Shown here: positions 1 through 6,540 of the stretch, in pieces | How positions within the stretch are numbered: position 1 is the stretch's first letter | How the letters are laid out: every line of letters begins with the position of its first letter | From: Propionibacteriaceae bacterium | Lineage (GTDB): Bacteria; Actinomycetota; Actinomycetes; Propionibacteriales; Propionibacteriaceae | Length of the DNA stretch: 32,000 nt | Direction: 5' to 3' | NCBI GenBank assembly: GCA_031256725.1 | Contig: JAIRQE010000021.1 | Coordinates: 1-32,000 of the forward strand | Position numbers and translations under genes: made by a program | Notes under the pieces: model-generated | The model's input: the letters and a program-made list of their open reading frames with translations, nothing else | The model's database searches: none | Told to the model about the DNA's origin: nothing

Positions 1-1320
1 GGTGATGAGCCTGGCAATGAGATCACAGTGACTGAGGATGGCGAGGTGTTGTGTACTGCCATCGTTCAGGAGGATCTGTCGTGGTCGTGTACCCCGTCGA
101 AGCCATTGGAGGATGGTGAGCATACGATCACCGCAACCGAGACCGACCCGACTGGAAGCGAGTCAGCTCCATCCGATGAGGTGACCTTCACAGTGGACAC
201 CACGCCGCCGAACCCGCCAGTGATCACAGGCCCAGAAGATGGATCAGTGACCACCGATAGGACTCCACTGATTGAGGGTACAGGCGACGAACCTTTCAAC
301 GAGATCACGGTAACCGACTTGGAGGGTAATGAACTGTGTACCGCTATTGTCCAGTCGGATAAGACATGGGGTTGTACCCCTGTCACACCACTGGAAGATG
401 GTGACCATACGATTATCGCGACCGAGAAGGACCCAACAGGGAACGTCTCTGATCCGTCGAACGAAGTGACCTTCACGATCACTCCACCAGTGATCAAGGA
501 TCTCGATCCCCCGAATCCGCCAGTCATCACTGGTCCGGAGGATGGGGAAACGGTCACGACCGACACCCCTGAGATCACGGGTGCAGGCGACGAACCGGGG
601 AACACGATCACGGTGACCGATGAGGATGGCAACGAAGTATGTACAGCCATAGTCACGGAGAACAAGACGTGGGCTTGTACTCCGGAGAACCCCTTCGAGG
701 ATGGACCACACACGCTCACAGCGACGGAAACCGATGACGAGGGGAACGAATCCGACCCCTCTGATCCGATCGACTTCATCGTGGATACGACTCCTCCGAA
801 GCCGCCAGTGATCACCAACCCATCAGATGGTGATGTGACCACGAACAACACTCCGACGATTACGGGTACTGGCGATGAGCCAGGCAACACGATTATCGTG
901 ACTGAACCAGGTGGCAAGCAGGTGTGTACTGCTGTTGTACAGCCAAACAAGACCTGGTCGTGTACCCCATCCAAGCCGATGCCTGATGGTGACCACACGA
1001 TCACGGCGACCGAGACGGATCCTGCTGGAAACATCTCCGATCCGTCGAACGAGGTCAGTTTCACGATTGATTCGACGCCACCTTCTGACCCGACGATTGG
1101 GCCCTCCAATGGTACCGAGTTGACGGGTACTACCGATCCTGACACCACTATCACTGTACGCGATGAGGATGGCAATGAGGTGGAAGGATGCGTGGACATC
1201 AAGCCGGACAACAAGGGTACGTGGATCTGCTGGCCCAAGGAGAAGCTGAATGAGGGTGACAAGGTCACAGTGACCGCCAAGGACCCTGCAGGAAACGAGT
1301 CCAACCCGGTGCCCGGTATT
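1..1320 (+). repeat. In-frame tandem coding repeats of ~282-303 nt. Units start at ~1, 283, 586 and 871, with a degenerate fifth unit from ~1135.
   Basis: The unit start GG(C/T)GA(C/T)GA(A/G)CC recurs at 1, 283, 586 and 871. The translated units align residue for residue, including both cysteines. The fifth unit (DPDTTITVRDEDGNEVEGC...WIC) is divergent, with C-x12-C. Confidence 0.9.
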
Positions 1321-1719
1321 ATCACTGGTCTGGGGATCGACATCGCTTTCAAGCAGAGGAACCCTCTGCAGACCCAGATTGTTACAGGTAGGAACTTCAA
1401 CCCAGGCGAGACAGTGTGTGCCTTCGTGTACTCCGAGCCAATGCCATTGGGTTGCAAGGTAGCGGATGCCAAGGGTGAGGCAACCTGGACCTTCACGGTA
1501 CCATCTGGCTTCGCAGCAGGCAGCCATAGAGTTGAGATAGTTGGCAAGATTTCCGGGAAAGTATCGGACACTTTCATGGTCACCTTGGTTCCAAGGGTTG
1601 AAACTGGTGGTATCGCCGTTCAGACAGGTTCAGGTCTCGCAGCCGTGGCCATGGTACTGGTCGCAGTAGGAGCCGCCACATTGATAGGTGTAAGGCGATA
1701 TCTGGGTAATGTTAACTGA
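1..1719 (+). CDS. Cell-surface repeat protein, 5'-truncated by the window edge. Tandem bacterial Ig-like (Big_3_4-type) domains plus a C-terminal sorting-signal-like tail.
   Basis: Frame 1 is open from base 1. GDEPGNEITVTEDGEV... already matches the internal repeat, so the gene starts upstream of the window. There are four ~94-101 aa repeats of the form GDEPGN.ITVTD..G.E.CTA.V....W.CTP..P..DG.HT.TATETDP.GN.SDPS..V.F..D..PP.PP.ITGP.DG, each with a C-x11-C pair. The C-terminus is PRVETGG + ~24 hydrophobic residues + RRYL. Stop TGA at 1717-1719. Confidence 0.85.
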   Translation, partial: GDEPGNEITVTEDGEVLCTAIVQEDLSWSCTPSKPLEDGEHTITATETDPTGSESAPSDEVTFTVDTTPPNPPVITGPEDGSVTTDRTPLIEGTGDEPFNEITVTDLEGNELCTAIVQSDKTWGCTPVTPLEDGDHTIIATEKDPTGNVSDPSNEVTFTITPPVIKDLDPPNPPVITGPEDGETVTTDTPEITGAGDEPGNTITVTDEDGNEVCTAIVTENKTWACTPENPFEDGPHTLTATETDDEGNESDPSDPIDFIVDTTPPKPPVITNPSDGDVTTNNTPTITGTGDEPGNTIIVTEPGGKQVCTAVVQPNKTWSCTPSKPMPDGDHTITATETDPAGNISDPSNEVSFTIDSTPPSDPTIGPSNGTELTGTTDPDTTITVRDEDGNEVEGCVDIKPDNKGTWICWPKEKLNEGDKVTVTAKDPAGNESNPVPGIITGLGIDIAFKQRNPLQTQIVTGRNFNPGETVCAFVYSEPMPLGCKVADAKGEATWTFTVPSGFAAGSHRVEIVGKISGKVSDTFMVTLVPRVETGGIAVQTGSGLAAVAMVLVAVGAATLIGVRRYLGNVN

Positions 1720-1777
1720 ATACGGCGGTTAAGGTGATGGTTGAACACTAGAGGGGATCACCTTTTCGGGAGACCGA

Positions 1778-1811
1778 CAAGAGGGAGGAAGCGAAAGCTT
1801 CCACCCTCTTG
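1778..1811 (+). terminator. GC-rich hairpin downstream of the repeat-protein gene; candidate intrinsic terminator without a U-tract.
   Basis: CAAGAGGGAGGAAGC-GAAA-GCTTCCACCCTCTTG forms a 15-bp stem with one mismatch and a GAAA loop, ~60 nt after the stop. It is followed by TCCCCCGCG, so there is no T-run. Confidence 0.4.
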
Positions 1812-1984
1812 TCCCCCGCGTGAATCAGAGTGGTGTCAGCCCGTATCCCCTGACACCCAAAATCAAGAAAGCAAGAAACAGTGCAAGAAGATATGTTCCT
1901 GACACCACTTGAACCGTTTCAGTTGAAGTGGCAGATGGAGAAGTAGAATAATTCGACAGTATAAAAATAAGCAATTCGACTTGC

Positions 1985-1994
1985 GGGGGGGGGG
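1985..1994 (+). repeat. G10 homopolymer tract in the upstream region of the adhesin gene.
   Basis: ttgcGGGGGGGGGGtgatgt: ten consecutive G, about 95-105 nt upstream of the ATG at 2090. It overlaps a TTGCGG -35-like hexamer (1981-1986) and lies upstream of TANNNT-type -10 candidates (TAGACA 2003-2008, TAGAGT 2017-2022). Confidence 0.95.
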
Positions 1995-2089
1995 TGATGT
2001 GCTAGACATATCTTTGTAGAGTCTTAAGTTCCCAGGGGGGATATGAATCGGTTCGATACCGTGAAACGACTCATACAGGAAGGAACATT

Positions 2090-3691
2090 ATGCGAAAACT
2101 GCTTAAAATAGCCGCCGGTGCACTGGCTTTGACCTTGTCGGCCTCGATGTGGATGGGCGCACCAGCCCATGCAGATGAAGAAGAAGCTTGGGGGTACGGG
2201 TCCACCCCGAAGAACGCGGACGGGAGTCTGGATTTCTCGGGCTGGTCGTCGGTGGGAGCCCTTGAGGGTTACATTGATTCTTCTTTGGGGACGACTCAAT
2301 TCACGAGGAATGATTCTGATTATCAAATAGAACTGAGGACTCCGGTCTTTTGGGAAGGGACTCCTATGCTTGTGTCGAATGTTGTTGTAGAGCTGCTTCA
2401 ACAGGCACGGTGGACCTATTCATTTTCTTACGGAAGTGGGAGTACGAGTGACTTCTATACAGAAATCGCTGGTAAACGGCAGGTAATTCTGGTGGATGAG
2501 GGGGAGTTCTTTGTTAAATATGATAGCCAGCATTTGGCAGCCGCATTTCAGGGCAAGGCTCGTGTAGGAGCTGACGTTGAGGGGCATTATGATGAAGACA
2601 ACGACGAATACATTATTGACAGCGAAGTTGAAGGTGCTCCAATAACCTACAGTGAAGTCGTGGATGTTGATACTAGTGGGCGAATCCTGCATAACGTAAC
2701 ATTCACCAATTCGGGCGACGAAACAATTACTGACGTTTCTTTCTCCGCTCTTATTGATACCATGCTCAATAGTGACGACTGGATTCCGATTATGGCCAAT
2801 GGAACGAACTCGGTGTACATCCAGAATGGTTCCTTCCGAATCTATTTCGATATGTTCCAAGGGGACCAGATGCTTGTGGGCGATTGGGAAAATTCGTTGG
2901 GTCCCGTTCCTGTATCTGAGAGCCTCATGTCTCCCAATGGTTATGCAAAGGGGGCTGTTATAGCTGATGGAATGGATACTGCTGTTAACTATGCCATCAA
3001 GGCCACAGACTTGACCCCCGGTAAGTCCGTATCAATGTCCTATGCTGAGAGCCTCTATGCTCCTGAGGAAATCTGCACAGTCGACCTTCAGTATATTGAC
3101 CGCGACAACGGTAATGCTGTGGTGACCCCAATTGAAGGTACAGAGGTCCTCTTTGAAGGTGTCAATGGGACGCGTGTTGGTGTTACTGATGCTGCGATCA
3201 CTGCTGGGATTCCTGAGAAGTATGTTCTTGATGCTATCGATAATCACACCAACTACCAGTGTGGGGCGAATCAGGTTATCAGGGCTTATCTCCGGCATAC
3301 GTTGACTGAGGTGGGTACCCATGAAACCACTCGGACTGTGACCTATGCTGGTGCAGGGAATCTGACTCCGAAGCCTGTGGTTCAGACCCTGGCCTGGACC
3401 GTATACACAGATGATATTACTGGTGCTACTGTGTGGGTGAGTGAGTCTGGTTATGCTGCTGTGGCGTCACAGAGCATTGAAGGGTACAAGCCCAATATTG
3501 CTGCAGTTGGAGCTACGGATGGTACAACCGTTAGGGTCGAGCCGACAAGCACTGAGGTGACTGTTACTTATGCTCCAGCAGTCAAAGCAGATACTGGTGG
3601 TACTGTCGAAAGTTCAAGTGCTCTCCTGATCGCGATGGTGGTAAGCCTCGGATTCGGAGCAGTTCTGATGAGGCGTTACCTAACCGCCTGA
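2090..3691 (+). CDS. Secreted, wall/membrane-anchored adhesin-like protein. N-terminal domain unknown; C-terminal half resembles MucBP-type repeats.
   Basis: ATG is preceded by GGAAGGA. The signal peptide is MRKLLKIAAGALALTLSASMWMGAPAHA. CTVDLQYIDRDNGNAVVTPIEGTEVLFEGVNGTRVGV...GIPEKYVLD and TRTVTYAGAGNLTPKPVVQTLAWTVYTDDITGATVW...SIEGYKP resemble lactobacillal MucBP / adhesin repeat patterns (from memory, not searched). The C-terminus is PAVKADTGG + hydrophobic segment + RRYLTA. The gene is visibly AT-richer than its neighbours. Confidence 0.8.
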   Translation: MRKLLKIAAGALALTLSASMWMGAPAHADEEEAWGYGSTPKNADGSLDFSGWSSVGALEGYIDSSLGTTQFTRNDSDYQIELRTPVFWEGTPMLVSNVVVELLQQARWTYSFSYGSGSTSDFYTEIAGKRQVILVDEGEFFVKYDSQHLAAAFQGKARVGADVEGHYDEDNDEYIIDSEVEGAPITYSEVVDVDTSGRILHNVTFTNSGDETITDVSFSALIDTMLNSDDWIPIMANGTNSVYIQNGSFRIYFDMFQGDQMLVGDWENSLGPVPVSESLMSPNGYAKGAVIADGMDTAVNYAIKATDLTPGKSVSMSYAESLYAPEEICTVDLQYIDRDNGNAVVTPIEGTEVLFEGVNGTRVGVTDAAITAGIPEKYVLDAIDNHTNYQCGANQVIRAYLRHTLTEVGTHETTRTVTYAGAGNLTPKPVVQTLAWTVYTDDITGATVWVSESGYAAVASQSIEGYKPNIAAVGATDGTTVRVEPTSTEVTVTYAPAVKADTGGTVESSSALLIAMVVSLGFGAVLMRRYLTA

Positions 3692-3706
3692 CATATAGTT
3701 TGAGAC

Positions 3707-3750
3707 TTCGGGCGTCGGTCAGTACCAACTGATCGGCGCCCGAATGTTTT
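3707..3750 (+). terminator. Rho-independent terminator of the adhesin gene.
   Basis: TTCGGGCGTCGGTCAG-TACCAA-CTGATCGGCGCCCGAA forms a 16-bp stem (two G-U wobbles on the + strand), followed by TGTTTT. It starts 16 nt after the stop. Confidence 0.75.
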
Positions 3751-3807
3751 CCACTCATTCTGTGTCATAGGTGTGGCAGTGAAGGGGAATATCGCGCTAG
3801 CTTACAA

Positions 3808-3823
3808 CTGAAACGCGTTTCAG
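3808..3823. promoter_or_regulatory. Perfect 16-bp palindrome; LacI/CcpA-type operator candidate upstream of the GH13 gene.
   Basis: CTGAAACGCGTTTCAG is a perfect palindrome. The core TGAAACGCGTTTCA fits the TG-AAA-CG-CG-TTT-CA layout of LacI-family operators / cre sites. It lies 80 nt upstream of the GH13 ATG. Confidence 0.45.
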
Positions 3824-3902
3824 GTGGAGCGTTGACTGGAAGAGAAGTCGTAGCTCGCTGTTTTCGTGGGGCGAAGGTCATGAAAATGGCTAGACTGGAA
3901 GT

Positions 3903-5624
3903 ATGAACGAGGTCGTGCGCCCATGGTGGAAGGATGCTATTTTCTACCAGATTTATCCACGCAGTTTTCAGGACTCGAACGGTGATGGGATCGGGGATAT
4001 TCCTGGGATTATCTCGCGGTTGGATGAGTTGGCGCATTTGGGGGTGACCTGTTTGTGGCTTTCGCCTGTGTACTGTTCTCCTGATGCTGACAACGGGTAC
4101 GACATCTCGGACTACCGACAGATCGACTCACGTTATGGGACCCTTGAGGATTTCGATCAGTTGGTGACTGAAGCTAAGACGCGCGGGATGAGGGTGATCA
4201 TGGATCTGGTCATCAACCACACCTCGGATGAACATGAATGGTTCCAGGCTAGCCGCCGCCGTGAGGAGTCGTACTCAGATTATTACATCTGGAGGCCAGG
4301 GAAACTGCCAGATGGGAGTGAAGCGGAGCCCATAGAGGGGGTCTTCGATCCGAGCGGTGCTGTTGAACCACCGAACAATTGGACTGGGTTCTTTATGGGG
4401 AGCGCCTGGGAGTGGGATGATCTGCGAGGGGAGTACTATCTCCATCTTTTCGACAAGAAGCAACCGGATCTGAACTACCACAACCCGGCTGTGATCGAAG
4501 AGATCAAACAGATCCTAAGGTTCTGGTTGGATCGGGGTATTGCGGGCTTTCGATGCGATGTCATCTCTTTGCTCTATAAGGAGTCATTGGAGGATGGGCA
4601 GGGGCTGCCAATCATCAGGGGTTTGGAACATTACAAGGGCCGTGAGGGAACCCATAAGTTCCTTCAGGAACTGCGTCGCGAGATACTGGAACCCTATGGG
4701 GCTTTCACCGTGGGTGAGACGGTGATGGTCAGTTTGGATGAGGCCAAGCAACTGTGTGATCCTGATCGCGGGGAACTTGATCTGCTCTTCTACTTTGATC
4801 ATCTGGAAGTTGATCGTCTTGTTGCGAGGTACGGCCCGAAGCCTTTCCGTGCGGATCGTCTCCTCGAGAGGCTGACCACGTGGCAGCAGGGTTTGGAGTG
4901 GAATGCTTTGTACCTTGAAAACCATGACCAGCCAAGGATTGTCTCCCATTATGGGGATGACAAGAAGTTTTGGGCAAGGAGTGCCCAGTTGTTGGCTGTG
5001 ATGCTCATGACCCTCAGGGGTTCCCCCTTCCTCTATCAGGGTCAAGAAATCGGTATGACCAACTTCGATTACACCTCCATGGATGACCTTGATGATGTCG
5101 AAAGCCACAACATGAATGGGCTCATGAAGAAAGCCCATATTCCGTACAATGTACGGTGGTGGATGATTCGTTCCTCCTCGCGAGACAACGCGCGTACACC
5201 TGTTCAATGGGATGATTCCGAGGGTGCTGGGTTCACTGCTGGCACACCATGGATGGCCATTAACGCCAACTCTTCATGGCTCAACTATGCTGCTCAGACC
5301 AAGGATCCTCACTCTGTACTCAACTTCTATCGACGCCTCATCAGGTTGCGAGGCAACTGCGAAACCCTCGCCCAGGGTGGGTTTGAACCGATCTACGCCA
5401 ACCGATCTGTGATGGCCTACAGACGTACCTCCCAAGGATCCACGCACGGGGATTACACCATCTGGCTTAACTTCTCGGGACGTACCCAAAGACTGCCTTA
5501 TGATTTGATCATCGAAGCCGGATTAGATGACTCCCATCAATGCATGGTTTCCAACACCGGAAGAAGACAGATACACGACCATCTTCTCCCCTGGGAAGCA
5601 ATCGTACTCAGGCAAGAACAATGA
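3903..5624 (+). CDS. GH13 alpha-glucosidase (oligo-1,6-glucosidase / trehalose-6-P hydrolase subfamily).
   Basis: The N-terminus WWKDAIFYQIYPRSFQDSNGDGIGDIPGI, then DLVINHTSDEH, GFRCDVI (nucleophile region), VGETV and YLENHDQPR are the canonical GH13 conserved regions. Confidence 0.95.
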   Translation: MNEVVRPWWKDAIFYQIYPRSFQDSNGDGIGDIPGIISRLDELAHLGVTCLWLSPVYCSPDADNGYDISDYRQIDSRYGTLEDFDQLVTEAKTRGMRVIMDLVINHTSDEHEWFQASRRREESYSDYYIWRPGKLPDGSEAEPIEGVFDPSGAVEPPNNWTGFFMGSAWEWDDLRGEYYLHLFDKKQPDLNYHNPAVIEEIKQILRFWLDRGIAGFRCDVISLLYKESLEDGQGLPIIRGLEHYKGREGTHKFLQELRREILEPYGAFTVGETVMVSLDEAKQLCDPDRGELDLLFYFDHLEVDRLVARYGPKPFRADRLLERLTTWQQGLEWNALYLENHDQPRIVSHYGDDKKFWARSAQLLAVMLMTLRGSPFLYQGQEIGMTNFDYTSMDDLDDVESHNMNGLMKKAHIPYNVRWWMIRSSSRDNARTPVQWDDSEGAGFTAGTPWMAINANSSWLNYAAQTKDPHSVLNFYRRLIRLRGNCETLAQGGFEPIYANRSVMAYRRTSQGSTHGDYTIWLNFSGRTQRLPYDLIIEAGLDDSHQCMVSNTGRRQIHDHLLPWEAIVLRQEQ

Positions 5625-6211
5625 TAGACAAGGCAGTGTTTCACCTCGATACCCGCAACTCAAGCTATTGGTTTCGGATTACTGAACACGGGTATCTGGA
5701 ACACCTCCATTACGGCGTCAGGCTTCCACAGGATCAGGACCCTACAGCACTAGCCATCAAGAGAACCATGGAGATTGGTACCTCGATCGCCTATAAGGAA
5801 ATCGATCCCACCTATCAACTTGATCATCTCTGCCTCGAATGGTCTGGCATAGGGATGGGGGACTTCCGTACCTCTCCTTGCGAGATTGTGACAGGAGACG
5901 ATTCCTATTCCACGGACTTCAGATACCGCGAACACGAATGGGTGCCCGGCCCCATGGTAGGCGCTACCCTGCCTGGACCTCACGCAACCAGCGACGAAGC
6001 CAAGACTCTCACCGTCCATTTGAAAGACCAACAAGCCCATCTGAGTCTCGCCATGGAGTACGCAGTCTTTCCGAAAACTGATGTGATTTCTAGGCGATCT
6101 ACCCTCCACAATCACGGCGACCGACCCATCTCCATCAGGTGGATGGCCTCAATGATGATCGACCTTCCCGATAAGCAGTACAGAGTACTTGATCTTTGCT
6201 GTGTTACTTAA
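5621..6211 (+). pseudogene. Truncated GH36 alpha-galactosidase; only the N-terminal ~190 codons remain.
   Basis: ATG 5621 overlaps the GH13 stop (ATGA). MIDKAVFHLDTRNSSYWFRITEHGYLEHLHYG...DFRYREHEW...ISRRSTLHNHGDRPISIRWMASMMIDLPDKQYRVLDL follows the GH36 N-terminal domain pattern up to the point where family members continue with the conserved G-A-W-x-R-E segment. Here it reads CCVT-stop instead. Full-length enzymes are ~700+ aa, and none of the catalytic domain is present downstream. Confidence 0.85.
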
Positions 6212-6270
6212 ATAGTGGAGTCACAAACAATGAATATGGCTTTGACAAGGGATTATTCTCTGAAACCCTA

Positions 6271-6299
6271 TTGCGTGGCGAAAGCATTAGTACTAGATT
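6271..6299 (+). promoter_or_regulatory. Candidate housekeeping-sigma promoter (TTGCGT-17 nt-TAGATT) for the htpG-like operon.
   Basis: TTGCGT (6271-6276), a 17-nt spacer and TAGATT (6294-6299) sit in an AT-rich stretch just after the GH36 breakpoint. This would give a ~235-nt leader before GTG 6541. Confidence 0.35.
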
Positions 6300-6304
6300 A
6301 TGAG

Positions 6305-6540
6305 CAGAGCTAATGCTCCAGGAATTGAAGGACCCACTAGTGTCAGATGGGTGTCCTAAGTCCTGTAGCCCAGGCAGTGAGACGCGAGGCGCTGTCGGGC
6401 TCTCCCACAGCCGGTTCGCGTCCCGTACGACCCGCGGGGCGCGAATCGGCATGGCACCAACACAGTTAAACTCCACATGGACCTTGTTGGTTCACTCACA
6501 CTGCCCTTGGTAGATTGGGTACCAAATCGAAAGGGGTGCT
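6305..6540 (+). promoter_or_regulatory. GC-rich structured 5' leader or small RNA upstream of the htpG-like gene; class unknown.
   Basis: Three consecutive hairpins. (1) 6330-6357: GGACCCA...TGGGTGTCC. (2) 6368-6400: GCCC(A)GGCAG...CTGTCGGGC. (3) 6411-6449: CCGGTTCGCGTCCCG / CGGGGCGCGAATCGG, 15 bp. Hairpins 2 and 3 contain G-U wobbles that pair only on the + strand transcript. No convincing ORF is present. The SD sequence AAAGGGG lies just before GTG 6541. Confidence 0.35.

Noticed and set aside
66-1583. 505-aa minus-strand ORF, and the 244-711 and 823-1527 ORFs, antisense to the Ig-repeat gene
   Set aside because: These are shadow frames of a repetitive, GC-skewed coding region. Their products are S/G/V/P low-complexity with no start context. 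The + frame has conserved domain repeats, paired cysteines and a sorting tail.
4584-5207. 207-aa minus ORF inside GH13; similar antisense ORFs at 16396-16953, 27021-27599, 29238-29825 and 29844-30242
   Set aside because: Each overlaps a + or - gene with unmistakable family motifs. None has a recognisable motif or SD. Such ORFs are expected by chance at this GC content.
5540-5620. Upstream ATG 5540 as the start of the GH36 fragment; likewise 8336 for the TPR gene and 17799 for the DUF2207-like gene
   Set aside because: The 5540 and 8336 extensions lie inside the preceding genes in another frame and add non-homologous residues. 17799 lies inside a 17779-17816 hairpin. Better starts exist: ATGA coupling at 5621, GGAGGA + ATG at 8381, and GTG 17946 directly before the signal peptide.
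6411-6449. tRNA T-arm look-alike (GGTTCGCGTCC) and a possible group II intron domain V (AGCCGG... hairpin)
   Set aside because: GCCGG/CCCGT cannot form a T-stem and no cloverleaf can be built around it. The hairpin is 15 bp with a 9-nt loop, not the 34-nt bulged GNRA-capped domain V. There is no RT/maturase ORF or GUGYG 5' end in a suitable position.
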